Below, one piece after another: positions 16,001 to 23,814 of a stretch of 26,046 bases of DNA (positions are counted from its first letter, which is position 1; each line of letters begins with the position of its first letter). Where the stretch lies: IMG/VR virus record IMGVR_UViG_3300048848_000056, positions 1-26,046 of that record, one strand, 5' to 3'. A program made the position numbers and the translations under genes. The notes under the pieces are model-generated. The model worked only from the letters and a program-made list of their open reading frames with translations, was not told the DNA's origin and did no database searches. This stretch comes from a virus. Taxonomy: Duplodnaviria; Caudoviricetes.

Positions 16001-18547
16001 TTCAGCGGTGAGTTGCGCGATCTGACCACGACGTTGCGAGGCCTCCTCCATTTCCTGGAAGGGGCGGAGGAGCGATTGCTCGATCACAGTCTTGGCTGCT
16101 TGCGCGTCCGCGATGGTCTTTTCGAACCCGGGCGGCTTGAGCTTCTGCAGGTCTGCAATGGTGGCGTCGAGCTCACGGGTTTTGCGGGCGGCCAGGTCCA
16201 GCAACCGCGGCTGCTCGTTGAACTGCTCGGTCACGCGCGCAACCGACTCCACCGAACGATCGCCAAACTGCTGAAGCGCTTCCCGCGCCTTGTTTGCCTG
16301 CTCGGCCACATAGGTCGCATCGATCGGGAACTGGCCCTTGCTCGGGTCGACCTTCTTGCCGTTCACCAGCACCTCGTAATGCAAATGCACGCCGGTGGCG
16401 GTGCCCGTCTTGCCGGCATAGCCGATCACGTCACCCTTATTGACTGCCTGACCATCGCGCACGTTGAAGCCGCTCAGGTGGCTATAGGTGGACTTGGTGC
16501 TGCCGCCGTGCGCGATTTCGATGCGGTTGCCATAGCCTTTGACCGCGTCGGCAAACTTCACGATGCCGTCGGCTGCAGCAAGTATGGGTTCGCCCAGGCG
16601 CGCAGCATAGTCGATCGCCAGGTGGTTGCTTGATGCGCCGGCGGTGGGACGCTCACGGTGGCCGAAGCCGCTCGTGATGTGCGCGCCGGGTATGGGACTG
16701 CCGAACTGAGTAAGGTCTCTACCAGATCCGACCGCCTTTGCAGCACGCTCGGTGTCCTGATAGGCCCTCAATGCAGCTGCGCGGTTACGTTCAATCGCGG
16801 CAAGCTGCCCGGTCAGCGCAGTGGTTACTGTTCCTCCTGCAGCGATCTGTGCGCGAGCGGCGGCCTTTGCTGCACCTACCTGATCGTCATAACTCTTTTT
16901 GATCTGCTCCAACGGATCGGCCATTCGCTTGGCTTCTTCTTCCGCGAGACCGATCCGTGTCTCCTGGACCCGCTTCTGCGCGGCGATAATCGCCTTTTCG
17001 TTCTCGGAGAGTTGGCCGTTGATCTTGTCGAGCTGCGCCTGCAGACGCATAACAGCACCAGCAGCCAAGTCGCCCTGCTGTCCGCCGCTCCGAGCCCGGA
17101 TCAGCTGGGCTTCGATACGCTCCTTCGTAGCTTGTAGGTCATCTTTGATGCCAGTGCGGATATCCATCGCACGTTGCAGATTGATCTTCGCGGTGATGTT
17201 GGCCTGCTCAGCCGCGCTCCGCTCCGCTTCGATCGCACTTTTGGTCGCCTCGGTGCCCTCACGGATAGCTTGATTCACGCCTTCCTGCGAGATCTTGAAC
17301 CGATCCTTGGCTCTCGCGAGAGCTTCCGTTTCAATGGCATCCTTCTTGAGCTTGTCGGTCGAGTCCTTCAGCGCATTGCTGCTGTCGTACAGCTTGTACG
17401 CAAACGACGCAGCAAGGCCGATTGCCACGGTGGCCGCGATGCCCCAGGGCCCGGCAAGGAAGGTGGCGAACTTGCCTGCGCTCGCCTGGTTGGCGTTCAT
17501 GCCTGCGGCAATGTCTGGCAGCTGAATCGCCAAGGCCTGGATCACGCTGGTACCAGCCATGACCTGTTGACCCACCTGGCTCATCTGCAACGAGAACTGA
17601 CGCGCATTACCGGAGGCGCTTACCAATGGACGCGAAAGGTCACTGACTGCGGCGCCGGTACCAGCGACAGCTTGCGCATGTTGTTGCAGTGCGTCGCGAG
17701 CATGCTTCTGCGCGGCCGCGTACTCGTTTGTCGTAATGAGACCGGCACGATACAGATCGTCGGCTTGGTCGAGTGCCTGGTTGAAGCGCTGCTGTGCCGC
17801 GAACATCGGATCGAGTTGCGCACGCAGGGTGCTGGCCTGAGCCGCGTACGTGGCCTGTTGTTTCGCGGCCTCCTGCGCAGCCAGCGCGGCTTTCTGGAAG
17901 GCGCGCTCCTCCTGCTGCACCATCTCGGCGAGAGCGGAGAACGTGGCGCCCCCATCAGTCGCTCGGGTGCGGCCGGCGCCCGTCTTTTGAGCTATGGTCG
18001 CCTGGAGGCGAGCTTGTTCGGCAAGCATTGCGTTGGCGCGTGTCACTGCCGCAGCTTCAGCGTCTGCGACCCGCTGAGCGGCCATAACACGCGCTTCAGC
18101 AGCGGCTTCAGCTGCGGCGGCAGCTTTGGCCTGGATCGCGATCTCTTCGGTCACAAGCCGGTTCGCGAGTTCGGACAGACCCTGGCGTTCGGCAGCGGTG
18201 GCCGCCGTCATCACCTTCATCTCTCGCATCTCGGCCGTCGTTTTCCCGAACGCGGCATTCTGGCGGCCAAGCTGACGCACCAGGGCCTCGCCGGCTTTCT
18301 CGGCTTGCGCCGTCGCCCGAACAGTTGAGGCCATCTCTCGTGTGGCCGCATTGCCGAACGTCTTCATCTCGGCCGAGGCGCTGCCGAGCTTCAGGGTGCC
18401 CCTGCTAGCCGCCTCCAGCTTCTGAAACTGGCGTACTGCGTCGGCCGCGGTAGCACCGATGAGATCGTCCAGAGAGCGCAACTGGCCGAAGCTGTCATGA
18501 AAGTCGATGGCGAAGCCAACGCCAAGCATTGCTCCTTCCTCATCCAT
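13094..18547 (-). CDS. Tail tape measure protein with embedded M23 peptidase domain, 1817 aa
   Basis: Longest gene, Ala-rich helical, follows G/GT; lambda-type QMSQV.QQ..AG...ALAIQLP motif; HLAID and HLH zinc motifs at about 16340-16690. Confidence 0.92.
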   Translation of the reverse strand: MDEEGAMLGVGFAIDFHDSFGQLRSLDDLIGATAADAVRQFQKLEAASRGTLKLGSASAEMKTFGNAATREMASTVRATAQAEKAGEALVRQLGRQNAAFGKTTAEMREMKVMTAATAAERQGLSELANRLVTEEIAIQAKAAAAAEAAAEARVMAAQRVADAEAAAVTRANAMLAEQARLQATIAQKTGAGRTRATDGGATFSALAEMVQQEERAFQKAALAAQEAAKQQATYAAQASTLRAQLDPMFAAQQRFNQALDQADDLYRAGLITTNEYAAAQKHARDALQQHAQAVAGTGAAVSDLSRPLVSASGNARQFSLQMSQVGQQVMAGTSVIQALAIQLPDIAAGMNANQASAGKFATFLAGPWGIAATVAIGLAASFAYKLYDSSNALKDSTDKLKKDAIETEALARAKDRFKISQEGVNQAIREGTEATKSAIEAERSAAEQANITAKINLQRAMDIRTGIKDDLQATKERIEAQLIRARSGGQQGDLAAGAVMRLQAQLDKINGQLSENEKAIIAAQKRVQETRIGLAEEEAKRMADPLEQIKKSYDDQVGAAKAAARAQIAAGGTVTTALTGQLAAIERNRAAALRAYQDTERAAKAVGSGRDLTQFGSPIPGAHITSGFGHRERPTAGASSNHLAIDYAARLGEPILAAADGIVKFADAVKGYGNRIEIAHGGSTKSTYSHLSGFNVRDGQAVNKGDVIGYAGKTGTATGVHLHYEVLVNGKKVDPSKGQFPIDATYVAEQANKAREALQQFGDRSVESVARVTEQFNEQPRLLDLAARKTRELDATIADLQKLKPPGFEKTIADAQAAKTVIEQSLLRPFQEMEEASQRRGQIAQLTAEGLGTEASVLQAIWQTEERLGPLTSDRAKKVREIVVNEAKQLANAQAIAAIRSADDDLARLGMELQLIGKSNEARAVTIAQFEAMAVVDQNPGMSPEKAKELVASFVDRAKAQLEVNDATQAYNDALTLTADKWDIIAGKVQFAGRGMADAFGDAGRAIGDLASVYADYHASRERAAVEHDEQIRRAGKNEKLLAQENARFALRSSGAQIQAFGDMSAAAKGFFKDGSTGYQVLAGAEKAFRTVEFALSVRAMAQDAAETASSIAKSGARTAVKAVEAVVSAISSLPFPLNIAAGAATIGALASIGVAIAGSFGGGGKNNLTKANDGTGTVLGDSTAKSESIKRSIDALKEVDTVMLTYSRQMAASLQSIDSQIGGFTRLVLRAGNVDASAGVNEGFNSSLSGGMGKAYTTMVGFALGGPIGAAIGAFASKIPILGGILKGIGGVVSSLFGTKTKIIGGGLYGGSQTLGSVLSGGFDADYYSDVEKKKKFFGLTTSTKYKTQYTDADPGLENQFTLILRGFNDAIVSAAKPLGESTDAIKNKLAGFVIDIGKIDLKDLTGEEIEEKLNAVFGAAADNMAKAAFPGIEKFQKVGEGLFETLVRVSSTVESVTATMGLLGSSAASMSIDVKMALADQFQSVSDFTSAAGAYFEAYYSKEEQVAARTGQFTQVFADLGMAMPGSLAAFRSLVEAQDLTTAAGQATYSTLLQLAPAFADLQSAMTGAKSAADILSEQQDLQRQLLELQGDTAAIRALDLAKIDPSNRALQEQIWALQDAKEAAAAAEQLRNAWKSVGVSIMDEVNRIRGITDGTGTGSFALLMGQFNAATAAARAGDQDAAGKLVGLSQALLTVAGDTATSKQELDRVKAQIAASLEGTNALIAAITGANTTSPTAALDTAATAVQAVGSPATPYDDVVTELKALRAELAQARTENNAGHAVNASANTRTADKLDDVTEASGGNAITVFGAAA

Positions 18548-18589
18548 CCGACGAACTCCTCGACTGGGCGGCGCGAGCAGAGGTTCCGG

Positions 18590-19012
18590 TCACCCCAGAA
18601 CCATCTGCAAGCGCTGGACCTCGACCTCTTTTTCGCGCTGACTCACCTGCGCGCGCCACGGGGGAGGGCAGTTCTCGCTTTCGGCCCGGCGGCTTTCGGC
18701 GAGGTACTCGATGGAGAGCTTGCGCAGCAGCCTGATCTCCCACCTGCTTAGTGAGGTGCCGAAGCAATCCTGCCATGCCCTGATGGACTGCCAGCTGATC
18801 GGCCCGGCGCCCATCCCAGCAGCCTCGGTCAAGCCGATCTCCAGAAGGCGTGCTAGGACATGGGGGGCTGGGTTGGACGGCATCGATGGCGTGATCCCAT
18901 CGCGCTTCATTTGATCTGCCCGACTGAGCGGAGCCTGCTCATTGTCGGTGTTCGTCCGCTTGCTGCCTTCCGGCGGCTTTGGCGTGGCATTGAGCCACGC
19001 CATTTGTCGCAC
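18590..19012 (-). CDS. Tail assembly chaperone, T part (probably expressed as a G-T frameshift fusion)
   Basis: GMG.GPISWQ.I.AW......L..WE.RLLR.LS..Y motif; the frame stays open upstream to the slippery site in gene G. Confidence 0.8.
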   Translation of the reverse strand: MRQMAWLNATPKPPEGSKRTNTDNEQAPLSRADQMKRDGITPSMPSNPAPHVLARLLEIGLTEAAGMGAGPISWQSIRAWQDCFGTSLSRWEIRLLRKLSIEYLAESRRAESENCPPPWRAQVSQREKEVEVQRLQMVLG

Positions 19013-19020
19013 GTAGAGCG

Positions 19021-19440
19021 TCAGGCCTCGGTCGACGCGGCCTTGAAGTTTCCCCAGTCGCGCAGGGCCTTCTGCACCTGCGTGACGATGAAGCCGAGCT
19101 TCTTGTCCGCGTACAGCGCGCGATAAAGTTCCTTGCCCTGCTTCTCGCCGGCGGGCGGGTAGCCAAGGTTTTCGAAACCAGCGGTCAGGGTTGCGAGATC
19201 TTCGGCCTGCTCAGCATCGCGGACTTCCAGGGGAGGTACGGAAACCTTGCCGTCGTTGTCCTGCATCCGCTTGACGGCGCGAGCGGTCTGACGGTCCTCG
19301 ACTTCAGCAAATGTTGACGACCCGGGGCTGTATAGAATGATGCGAACGGGCTTGCCGTCCAGGTAGAGGTGGCTGCCGTCGGCACCCTTGATGTGGATCG
19401 GAGCGGTATCTGCGACCGCCTGCGTGGTGATATCGAACAT
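19021..19440 (-). CDS. Tail assembly chaperone gpG-like, 139 aa
   Basis: Lies between tail tube and tape measure; ends in ...DWGNF; GAAAGGA RBS. Confidence 0.8.
   Translation of the reverse strand: MFDITTQAVADTAPIHIKGADGSHLYLDGKPVRIILYSPGSSTFAEVEDRQTARAVKRMQDNDGKVSVPPLEVRDAEQAEDLATLTAGFENLGYPPAGEKQGKELYRALYADKKLGFIVTQVQKALRDWGNFKAASTEA
19048..19054 (-). other. -1 programmed ribosomal frameshift site G GGA AAC
   Basis: Gene G codons TGG GGA AAC form X XXY YYZ; the -1 frame reads LQGRVDRGLTLYVRQMAWL into the T ORF without a stop. Confidence 0.8.
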
Positions 19441-19464
19441 CGGGGTTTCCTTTCGCGGGAAGGT

Positions 19465-19510
19465 GCACCAGCTCGACTCACAGCCCGCGATGAGCGAGCC
19501 GAGCTGGTGC
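19465..19510 (-). promoter_or_regulatory. Long hairpin between the tail tube and chaperone genes
   Basis: GCACCAGCTCG(19465-75)/CGAGCTGGTGC(19500-10), extendable to 15 bp with one mismatch; no U tract. Confidence 0.55.
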
Positions 19511-19547
19511 GCGTGTACCGGCGCGGGCGACCGGGAAGGCTGGATGA

Positions 19548-20000
19548 TCAGGCGGGTGCCGCGACCTTCACGATGATCGTGTTGATCTCGATCGTGGGGT
19601 TGGCCATGATGATGGCGTCGGCATTTCCGACGTTCTCCGGGTAACCGAACACGCGACCCTGGAAGTAGCGCTTCTCGCCGTTCGGATAGGTCACACCGAA
19701 CGAATACTGCGCATTGTTGGTCGGACCGGACGCGACGCGAACCAGGTTCTGACCCGCGTCATTGTCATCGTGGGCGATGGCAGGCTGTAGCGAGCCGTAG
19801 TCCGTCGAACCCTTATGCTTCTGCTTCGGTCCCTTGAGGGGCTGGAAGTCAGTCTTGGCGGTGTTCGCGCCGATCGCGCCGATGGACTCGACGCCACCGA
19901 TCTCGGTGAGCACAAGCGCGCCATAGCCCGCGGCATCTTGAGTTGCGGGGGCGGCGGCCGAAATGCCGATCGTCGTGCCCGCGGCAGTGCTGGATCCCAT
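19548..20000 (-). CDS. Major tail tube protein, 150 aa
   Basis: Position after the terminator gene and before G/GT; K.KGS.D.G.....A.D..DAGQ and F.VTYP.G..RYF motifs of siphophage tube proteins; AGGAG RBS. Confidence 0.88.
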   Translation of the reverse strand: MGSSTAAGTTIGISAAAPATQDAAGYGALVLTEIGGVESIGAIGANTAKTDFQPLKGPKQKHKGSTDYGSLQPAIAHDDNDAGQNLVRVASGPTNNAQYSFGVTYPNGEKRYFQGRVFGYPENVGNADAIIMANPTIEINTIIVKVAAPA

Positions 20001-20065
20001 AATCTTACTCCTGGTGGGGTTGCCGGATCATCCGGCGAGAACCGTCCGCGCGGGCGGACGAAACG

Positions 20066-20272
20066 TCACTTGCCCGAGGTGGACTTGTCCTTGGCGGCGC
20101 TTTTGGCGGCCTTGGCTTCGGGTGCCGTCGGCTCGGACACGAGCCCAGCGGCCTTGTAGTTGATGAACGCGCCCTCGCTTAGCGGCACGGTCGTGCCGCC
20201 GGTGAAGCTCTGCTCGGTGCCAGCATCCTTGAAGTCGCGGATGATGAAAGCGCTCTTGGTCTTCTCGGTCAT
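20066..20272 (-). CDS. Small hypothetical virion-associated protein, 68 aa
   Basis: MTEKTKSAFIIRDFKDAGT...AAGLV; start at ATG 20272 behind CAGGAGAG RBS (3' part of the listed 210-aa ORF). Confidence 0.7.
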   Translation of the reverse strand: MTEKTKSAFIIRDFKDAGTEQSFTGGTTVPLSEGAFINYKAAGLVSEPTAPEAKAAKSAAKDKSTSGK

Positions 20273-20286
20273 GATACTCTCCTGTC

Positions 20287-20688
20287 TCAAACGGGCGCGT
20301 CGAAGCTGACGCGGAAGTCCTGGGTTTGCTCGAAGGTGTCGCCTGGGCCGTTCACGTCCGGTCCGAGACCTGCGGTGAGGATCGACACGCGGGTGCCACC
20401 CCCGATGTTGCCGGTCCGGCCGGCGCAGCACCTGCGCACCAGCTTGATGACCTGCTCCTGCTGGAGATAGTTCACGGTGCGCACTGCAACCGAGATCCGG
20501 GCAGTCGTTCGTTCCCACCCGGATCGCTTGAGCAGGTGCCGTTCGACGACGCTGACAGTCCGCACCAACAGCGCTGGCAGCGGCGTATCGTCCGGCAGGC
20601 GGCCGGCCTTGATGCTTTTGGGCAGCACGACCGCCGTCAGATCTGCATCGGCCTGCAGCAGCGCGCCGATGATGTCGTTGCCGCTCAC
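20287..20688 (-). CDS. Tail terminator/completion protein (DUF3168/gp17-like)
   Basis: L.ADA.LTAVV...I..G.LP....LPA pattern; position before the tail tube; 4-bp overlap with the upstream gene. Confidence 0.75.
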   Translation of the reverse strand: MSGNDIIGALLQADADLTAVVLPKSIKAGRLPDDTPLPALLVRTVSVVERHLLKRSGWERTTARISVAVRTVNYLQQEQVIKLVRRCCAGRTGNIGGGTRVSILTAGLGPDVNGPGDTFEQTQDFRVSFDAPV

Positions 20689-21221
20689 GCGTCGTCATCC
20701 TGGTCGATGTTGCTGATGCCCCCGCGCAAAACGCGAGCGTTAATGTACGTCTGCGCCGTCTTGATCGCCTCGGTTTCTTTGGTGTCGAGTGCGGGACGGA
20801 GGAACGGGTGCGCCTGCGCGCCTGGGTGGAATACGGTCTTACCGACGAACTTGCCGCCGATGACGAGCGAACCGTTTCCGCCGGCTTCGCTCACCTTCGT
20901 GTTGATCCGCCGGATGCCCAAGCCTTGACGCTGCTCGTCGGTCACGCTGATGAAGTGCGGCGAGGTACCGTACTCCTGCCAAAGTGCCAGCGAGTACGTC
21001 CAGCCTGGCTTGACCGTGACCCGCACGACGATGCGGTCATCCTTCGTCTTCGAGCGCATGACGATGGCGTCGGCGACTTCCTCGGACTGTGACCGGTTCT
21101 TCGCCTCGTCGGCGATGACACGACCACCCGCGCGTCCTGCCCCTTTGAGCAACCGCGTGATCTGATCCGGCAGCGCCGCCATGTAGGAAGACGTGGCGCT
21201 GCGCCCGGTCATGGTAGCCAT
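20685..21221 (-). CDS. HK97 gp10-like tail completion protein
   Basis: RAG..VI.DEAK, EYGTSPH and HPG..AHPFLRPALD motifs. Confidence 0.85.
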   Translation of the reverse strand: MATMTGRSATSSYMAALPDQITRLLKGAGRAGGRVIADEAKNRSQSEEVADAIVMRSKTKDDRIVVRVTVKPGWTYSLALWQEYGTSPHFISVTDEQRQGLGIRRINTKVSEAGGNGSLVIGGKFVGKTVFHPGAQAHPFLRPALDTKETEAIKTAQTYINARVLRGGISNIDQDDDA

Positions 21222-21601
21222 CAGGCGCCGTTCCCTGCTGGCCGGTACTCTTCGACCATGAACTCGAGCCCATCTCGAAAGCCAAGCTCGGCAGGTTCGG
21301 TGATGAGTTGCACGGTTCGATCAGTGAACCAGGTGCGCTCGCCGTCAACGTCCTCGTAGTGGCCGATCAGCACACGCATCGAACTGCTGATGCCGCGACG
21401 GTATTGCATGCGTACGCGCGCTGGTCGCGAGGCAACGTTGATGCCTTCGGCTAGACGTTCGCCTCGACTTGGAGGCACGTCCTGTACGTTCGCCCAGACC
21501 TCGACAACTGGCTGCCAAGTGCCGGAGCCAGCACCTTTGAAGCTGGCGTCAGCCTGCGGCCGCTCGATGCGGATCCGGCGATCGAGCACGCCCTTCTTCA
21601 T
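21221..21601 (-). CDS. Head closure / head-tail adaptor (SPP1 gp16-like)
   Basis: G.LDRRI.IE, W..V.EVWANV and R.R.GI.SSMRV motifs; start at the ATGA overlap 21601-21598. Confidence 0.85.
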   Translation of the reverse strand: MKKGVLDRRIRIERPQADASFKGAGSGTWQPVVEVWANVQDVPPSRGERLAEGINVASRPARVRMQYRRGISSSMRVLIGHYEDVDGERTWFTDRTVQLITEPAELGFRDGLEFMVEEYRPAGNGA

Positions 21602-22125
21602 ACCCGATGGACTTTGAAGCCGCGGCAAAGCCGAGTTGCTGCGGTTTCCGCATTGGCAAAAACAGCGCCACCTTCGCGGTCTTCGTCATAAGCAGCGATC
21701 AGCACGAGCATGGCGCGGCGAAAGTTGCGCGGGATCTCGGCAACCTCTTCGTACCCGGCGCGGATCGTCACCGTGAACAGTTGATCCGCACGATAGAATG
21801 GCCAGAATGCCCCCGCCGATGGCAGCACACGGGCGGGGCGGCGACTGACGTCCAGGCGGGCTCCGGATAGGGCCATTGGGTTGCCGACATCATCGGCGTA
21901 AGCCACTACCGGCACCGCGGTCGCTTGGATCGGCCATGCACGAAGGGAAACCGGTCCAAAGCCGCGAAATTGCTCAGTCACCTCGCGTGCCTGCAGGATA
22001 TGGCCGGTATACTGCTCGACCCATCCGGCAGCGTCCAAGATGAAGTCGGTGATCTCGTCATCCCGCTCGCCAAGCTCTGCCTTCAGCTGAGTGCGGGCAT
22101 CTTCAAGGGACACAGGAAGGGTCAT
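21598..22125 (-). CDS. Head-tail connector (HK97 gp6-like)
   Basis: PVSLEDAR.QL, I..A...VEQYTG and AGY....P....AML.LI...E.RE motifs; ATG 22125 behind AGGAGG. Confidence 0.88.
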   Translation of the reverse strand: MTLPVSLEDARTQLKAELGERDDEITDFILDAAGWVEQYTGHILQAREVTEQFRGFGPVSLRAWPIQATAVPVVAYADDVGNPMALSGARLDVSRRPARVLPSAGAFWPFYRADQLFTVTIRAGYEEVAEIPRNFRRAMLVLIAAYDEDREGGAVFANAETAATRLCRGFKVHRV

Positions 22126-22193
22126 CTCAGCCTCCTGATCCAGATCGAAGCTGCGGCAGCGGCAACGCAAAAGGCGCTACCGCTGCCAGCGGG

Positions 22194-22490
22194 TTAGTTC
22201 TGTGCCTGGTCCGCCAGGTTCTTCTCGACCGACTGCTGGGTGTCGAGCACCGGATCGTTGAAGTCGATCTGGTTGGCGATCATGGGCTGACCCTTGCGCG
22301 GGTTGTTATCGACGGCGGGATGATCGACGTCGATGCGATCGACGATCTCCGGCTCGATAAACGCGCCGCTCGCAGCGACCGCAGTGGCAGGCGTCAGCTT
22401 GTCTTCGGTCAGACCGGCCGTGTCGGACACGCCCGGAATACCCGAGGGCTTGATGTCGGTCGTGTCGACCGTGTTTTTCGTGCTGCTCAT
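22194..22490 (-). CDS. Hypothetical acidic 98-aa protein after the capsid gene
   Basis: GGAG RBS; co-oriented; HPAVD.NPR...NQIDFNDP segment; function not recognised. Confidence 0.7.
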   Translation of the reverse strand: MSSTKNTVDTTDIKPSGIPGVSDTAGLTEDKLTPATAVAASGAFIEPEIVDRIDVDHPAVDNNPRKGQPMIANQIDFNDPVLDTQQSVEKNLADQAQN

Positions 22491-22517
22491 GTTCTTTACT
22501 CCGAGAGCGAGGGGGCA

Positions 22518-22538
22518 GGGCGGGCATCACGCCCGCCC
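22518..22538 (-). terminator. GC-rich hairpin after the capsid stop (terminator or stabiliser)
   Basis: GGGCGGGC-atcac-GCCCGCCC within 10 bp of the stop codon; poor U tract. Confidence 0.45.
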
Positions 22539-22546
22539 CGCGAAGG

Positions 22547-23800
22547 TCACGCGCCGATCTTGAGCGCGCGCATAGCCGTCGGGTTCTTCACGCCGCCGCC
22601 GACACGCTTGGTGGTGTAGAAGAGCACGAAGGGCTTGGCGGTGTACGGGTCACGAAGCACGCGGATACCGATGCGATCGATCACCTGGTAGGTTTCGACC
22701 ATGTCGCCATACAGTGCCGCGATGTTGCCGGCAGCGACGCTCGGCATGCCGGGCATGTCAACGACAGGCTCGCCAGCGAGCGTCGGCGGGACGCCCAGTG
22801 CGAGGCTGGGCTGCCACAGATAGGCGCCATCGGTGGTCTTCAGCTTGCGGAAGGCAGCCTGCGAACCGCGATTCATGAAGAACTTCGCGTTCGGCAGGAA
22901 CTCGGCCGGCAGATCCGCCTGCAGGTCGAACAACGCATCCGAGGTCACCTTGGCCGCGTCACCCGACGTAAGCGCGAGGATGGCGCCGTAGGGGTGCTTG
23001 GCCGCGTTAGCCGCGCCGGTGATGTACGTCAGCACACCGTCAGGCTTGTTCGATCCGTCGCCCGACAGGAAGGCGATACCCTCCTGCTTGTCGAACTCGA
23101 CGGAAACTTCGTCACCGAGCCAAGCCTCGATGTCGATCTCGGCATCGTCGATCAGGCCCTGCGATGCGGCCGGGTTAGCATAAAGCTCACCCATGGTGAA
23201 AGCGAGCGAGGACAGGCCAGGCGTGGTCGTCTGCGGGCGCGCTGCGGTTTCACCGACCCAGCCGCTGCCCACCACGCCATCGGAGTAGACCTTCTTGAAC
23301 CCGGCACCGCTGATCGAAATCACCGTGCTGTTCTGACGCATCGGCGAGATGACCTTGGTCTTCTTGCTGATGGTGCGATCCCACTCGATCGGCGCGAGGT
23401 AGCCACCTTCGCCATCGGTCTTGGTGGCGGCGGCGCGCACTTCCTCAAGCTTCGCCGTGGGAGCGCCGCCCTTGAAGTAAGCCTGGAACTCGGCCGTGTA
23501 CTCCGGGTCTCGCGGCTTGGCGCTGTCATGGCCGTCGCCCAGCGCTGCGCTGAGATTGACCTTCTCGACGGCATCCTGGAGCTTGTCCAGTTCAGCCTCG
23601 ATCTTGGTCAGCTTCTCGGTCGTGACGACGTCGGTCTTGCCGGCCTTGATCTCGTCGAGCGAGTCGGTGTGGGTCTTCTTGAACGCCTCGAATGCGGTGG
23701 CGAGCGCTTCGATGCTCTTGGGCTGAGCGTCGGCGCGGACGGCGAGCAGGCCGCCGGAGGCCGTTGCAACCGCAAGGCCGATCAGTGCGATGTTCTTCAT
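22547..23800 (-). CDS. Major capsid protein, HK97 family
   Basis: Coiled-coil delta domain; GGYLAP.EWD, WVGE...RP.T, F.SGDG.NKP.G, YLWQP, LRDPYT.KP.V.FY..KRVGG motifs. Confidence 0.96.
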   Translation of the reverse strand: MKNIALIGLAVATASGGLLAVRADAQPKSIEALATAFEAFKKTHTDSLDEIKAGKTDVVTTEKLTKIEAELDKLQDAVEKVNLSAALGDGHDSAKPRDPEYTAEFQAYFKGGAPTAKLEEVRAAATKTDGEGGYLAPIEWDRTISKKTKVISPMRQNSTVISISGAGFKKVYSDGVVGSGWVGETAARPQTTTPGLSSLAFTMGELYANPAASQGLIDDAEIDIEAWLGDEVSVEFDKQEGIAFLSGDGSNKPDGVLTYITGAANAAKHPYGAILALTSGDAAKVTSDALFDLQADLPAEFLPNAKFFMNRGSQAAFRKLKTTDGAYLWQPSLALGVPPTLAGEPVVDMPGMPSVAAGNIAALYGDMVETYQVIDRIGIRVLRDPYTAKPFVLFYTTKRVGGGVKNPTAMRALKIGA

Positions 23801-23814
23801 GGAGGATCCTTGTC

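Noticed and set aside
9948-20000. Diversity-generating retroelement or assembly artefact explanation for the duplicated tube sequence
   Set aside because: No reverse transcriptase in the window; differences are not adenine-specific, include many synonymous changes, and both copies are intact ORFs.
20273-20698. N-terminal 142 aa of the listed 210-aa ORF
   Set aside because: Overlaps the tail terminator gene in another frame; a strong RBS supports the start at 20272.
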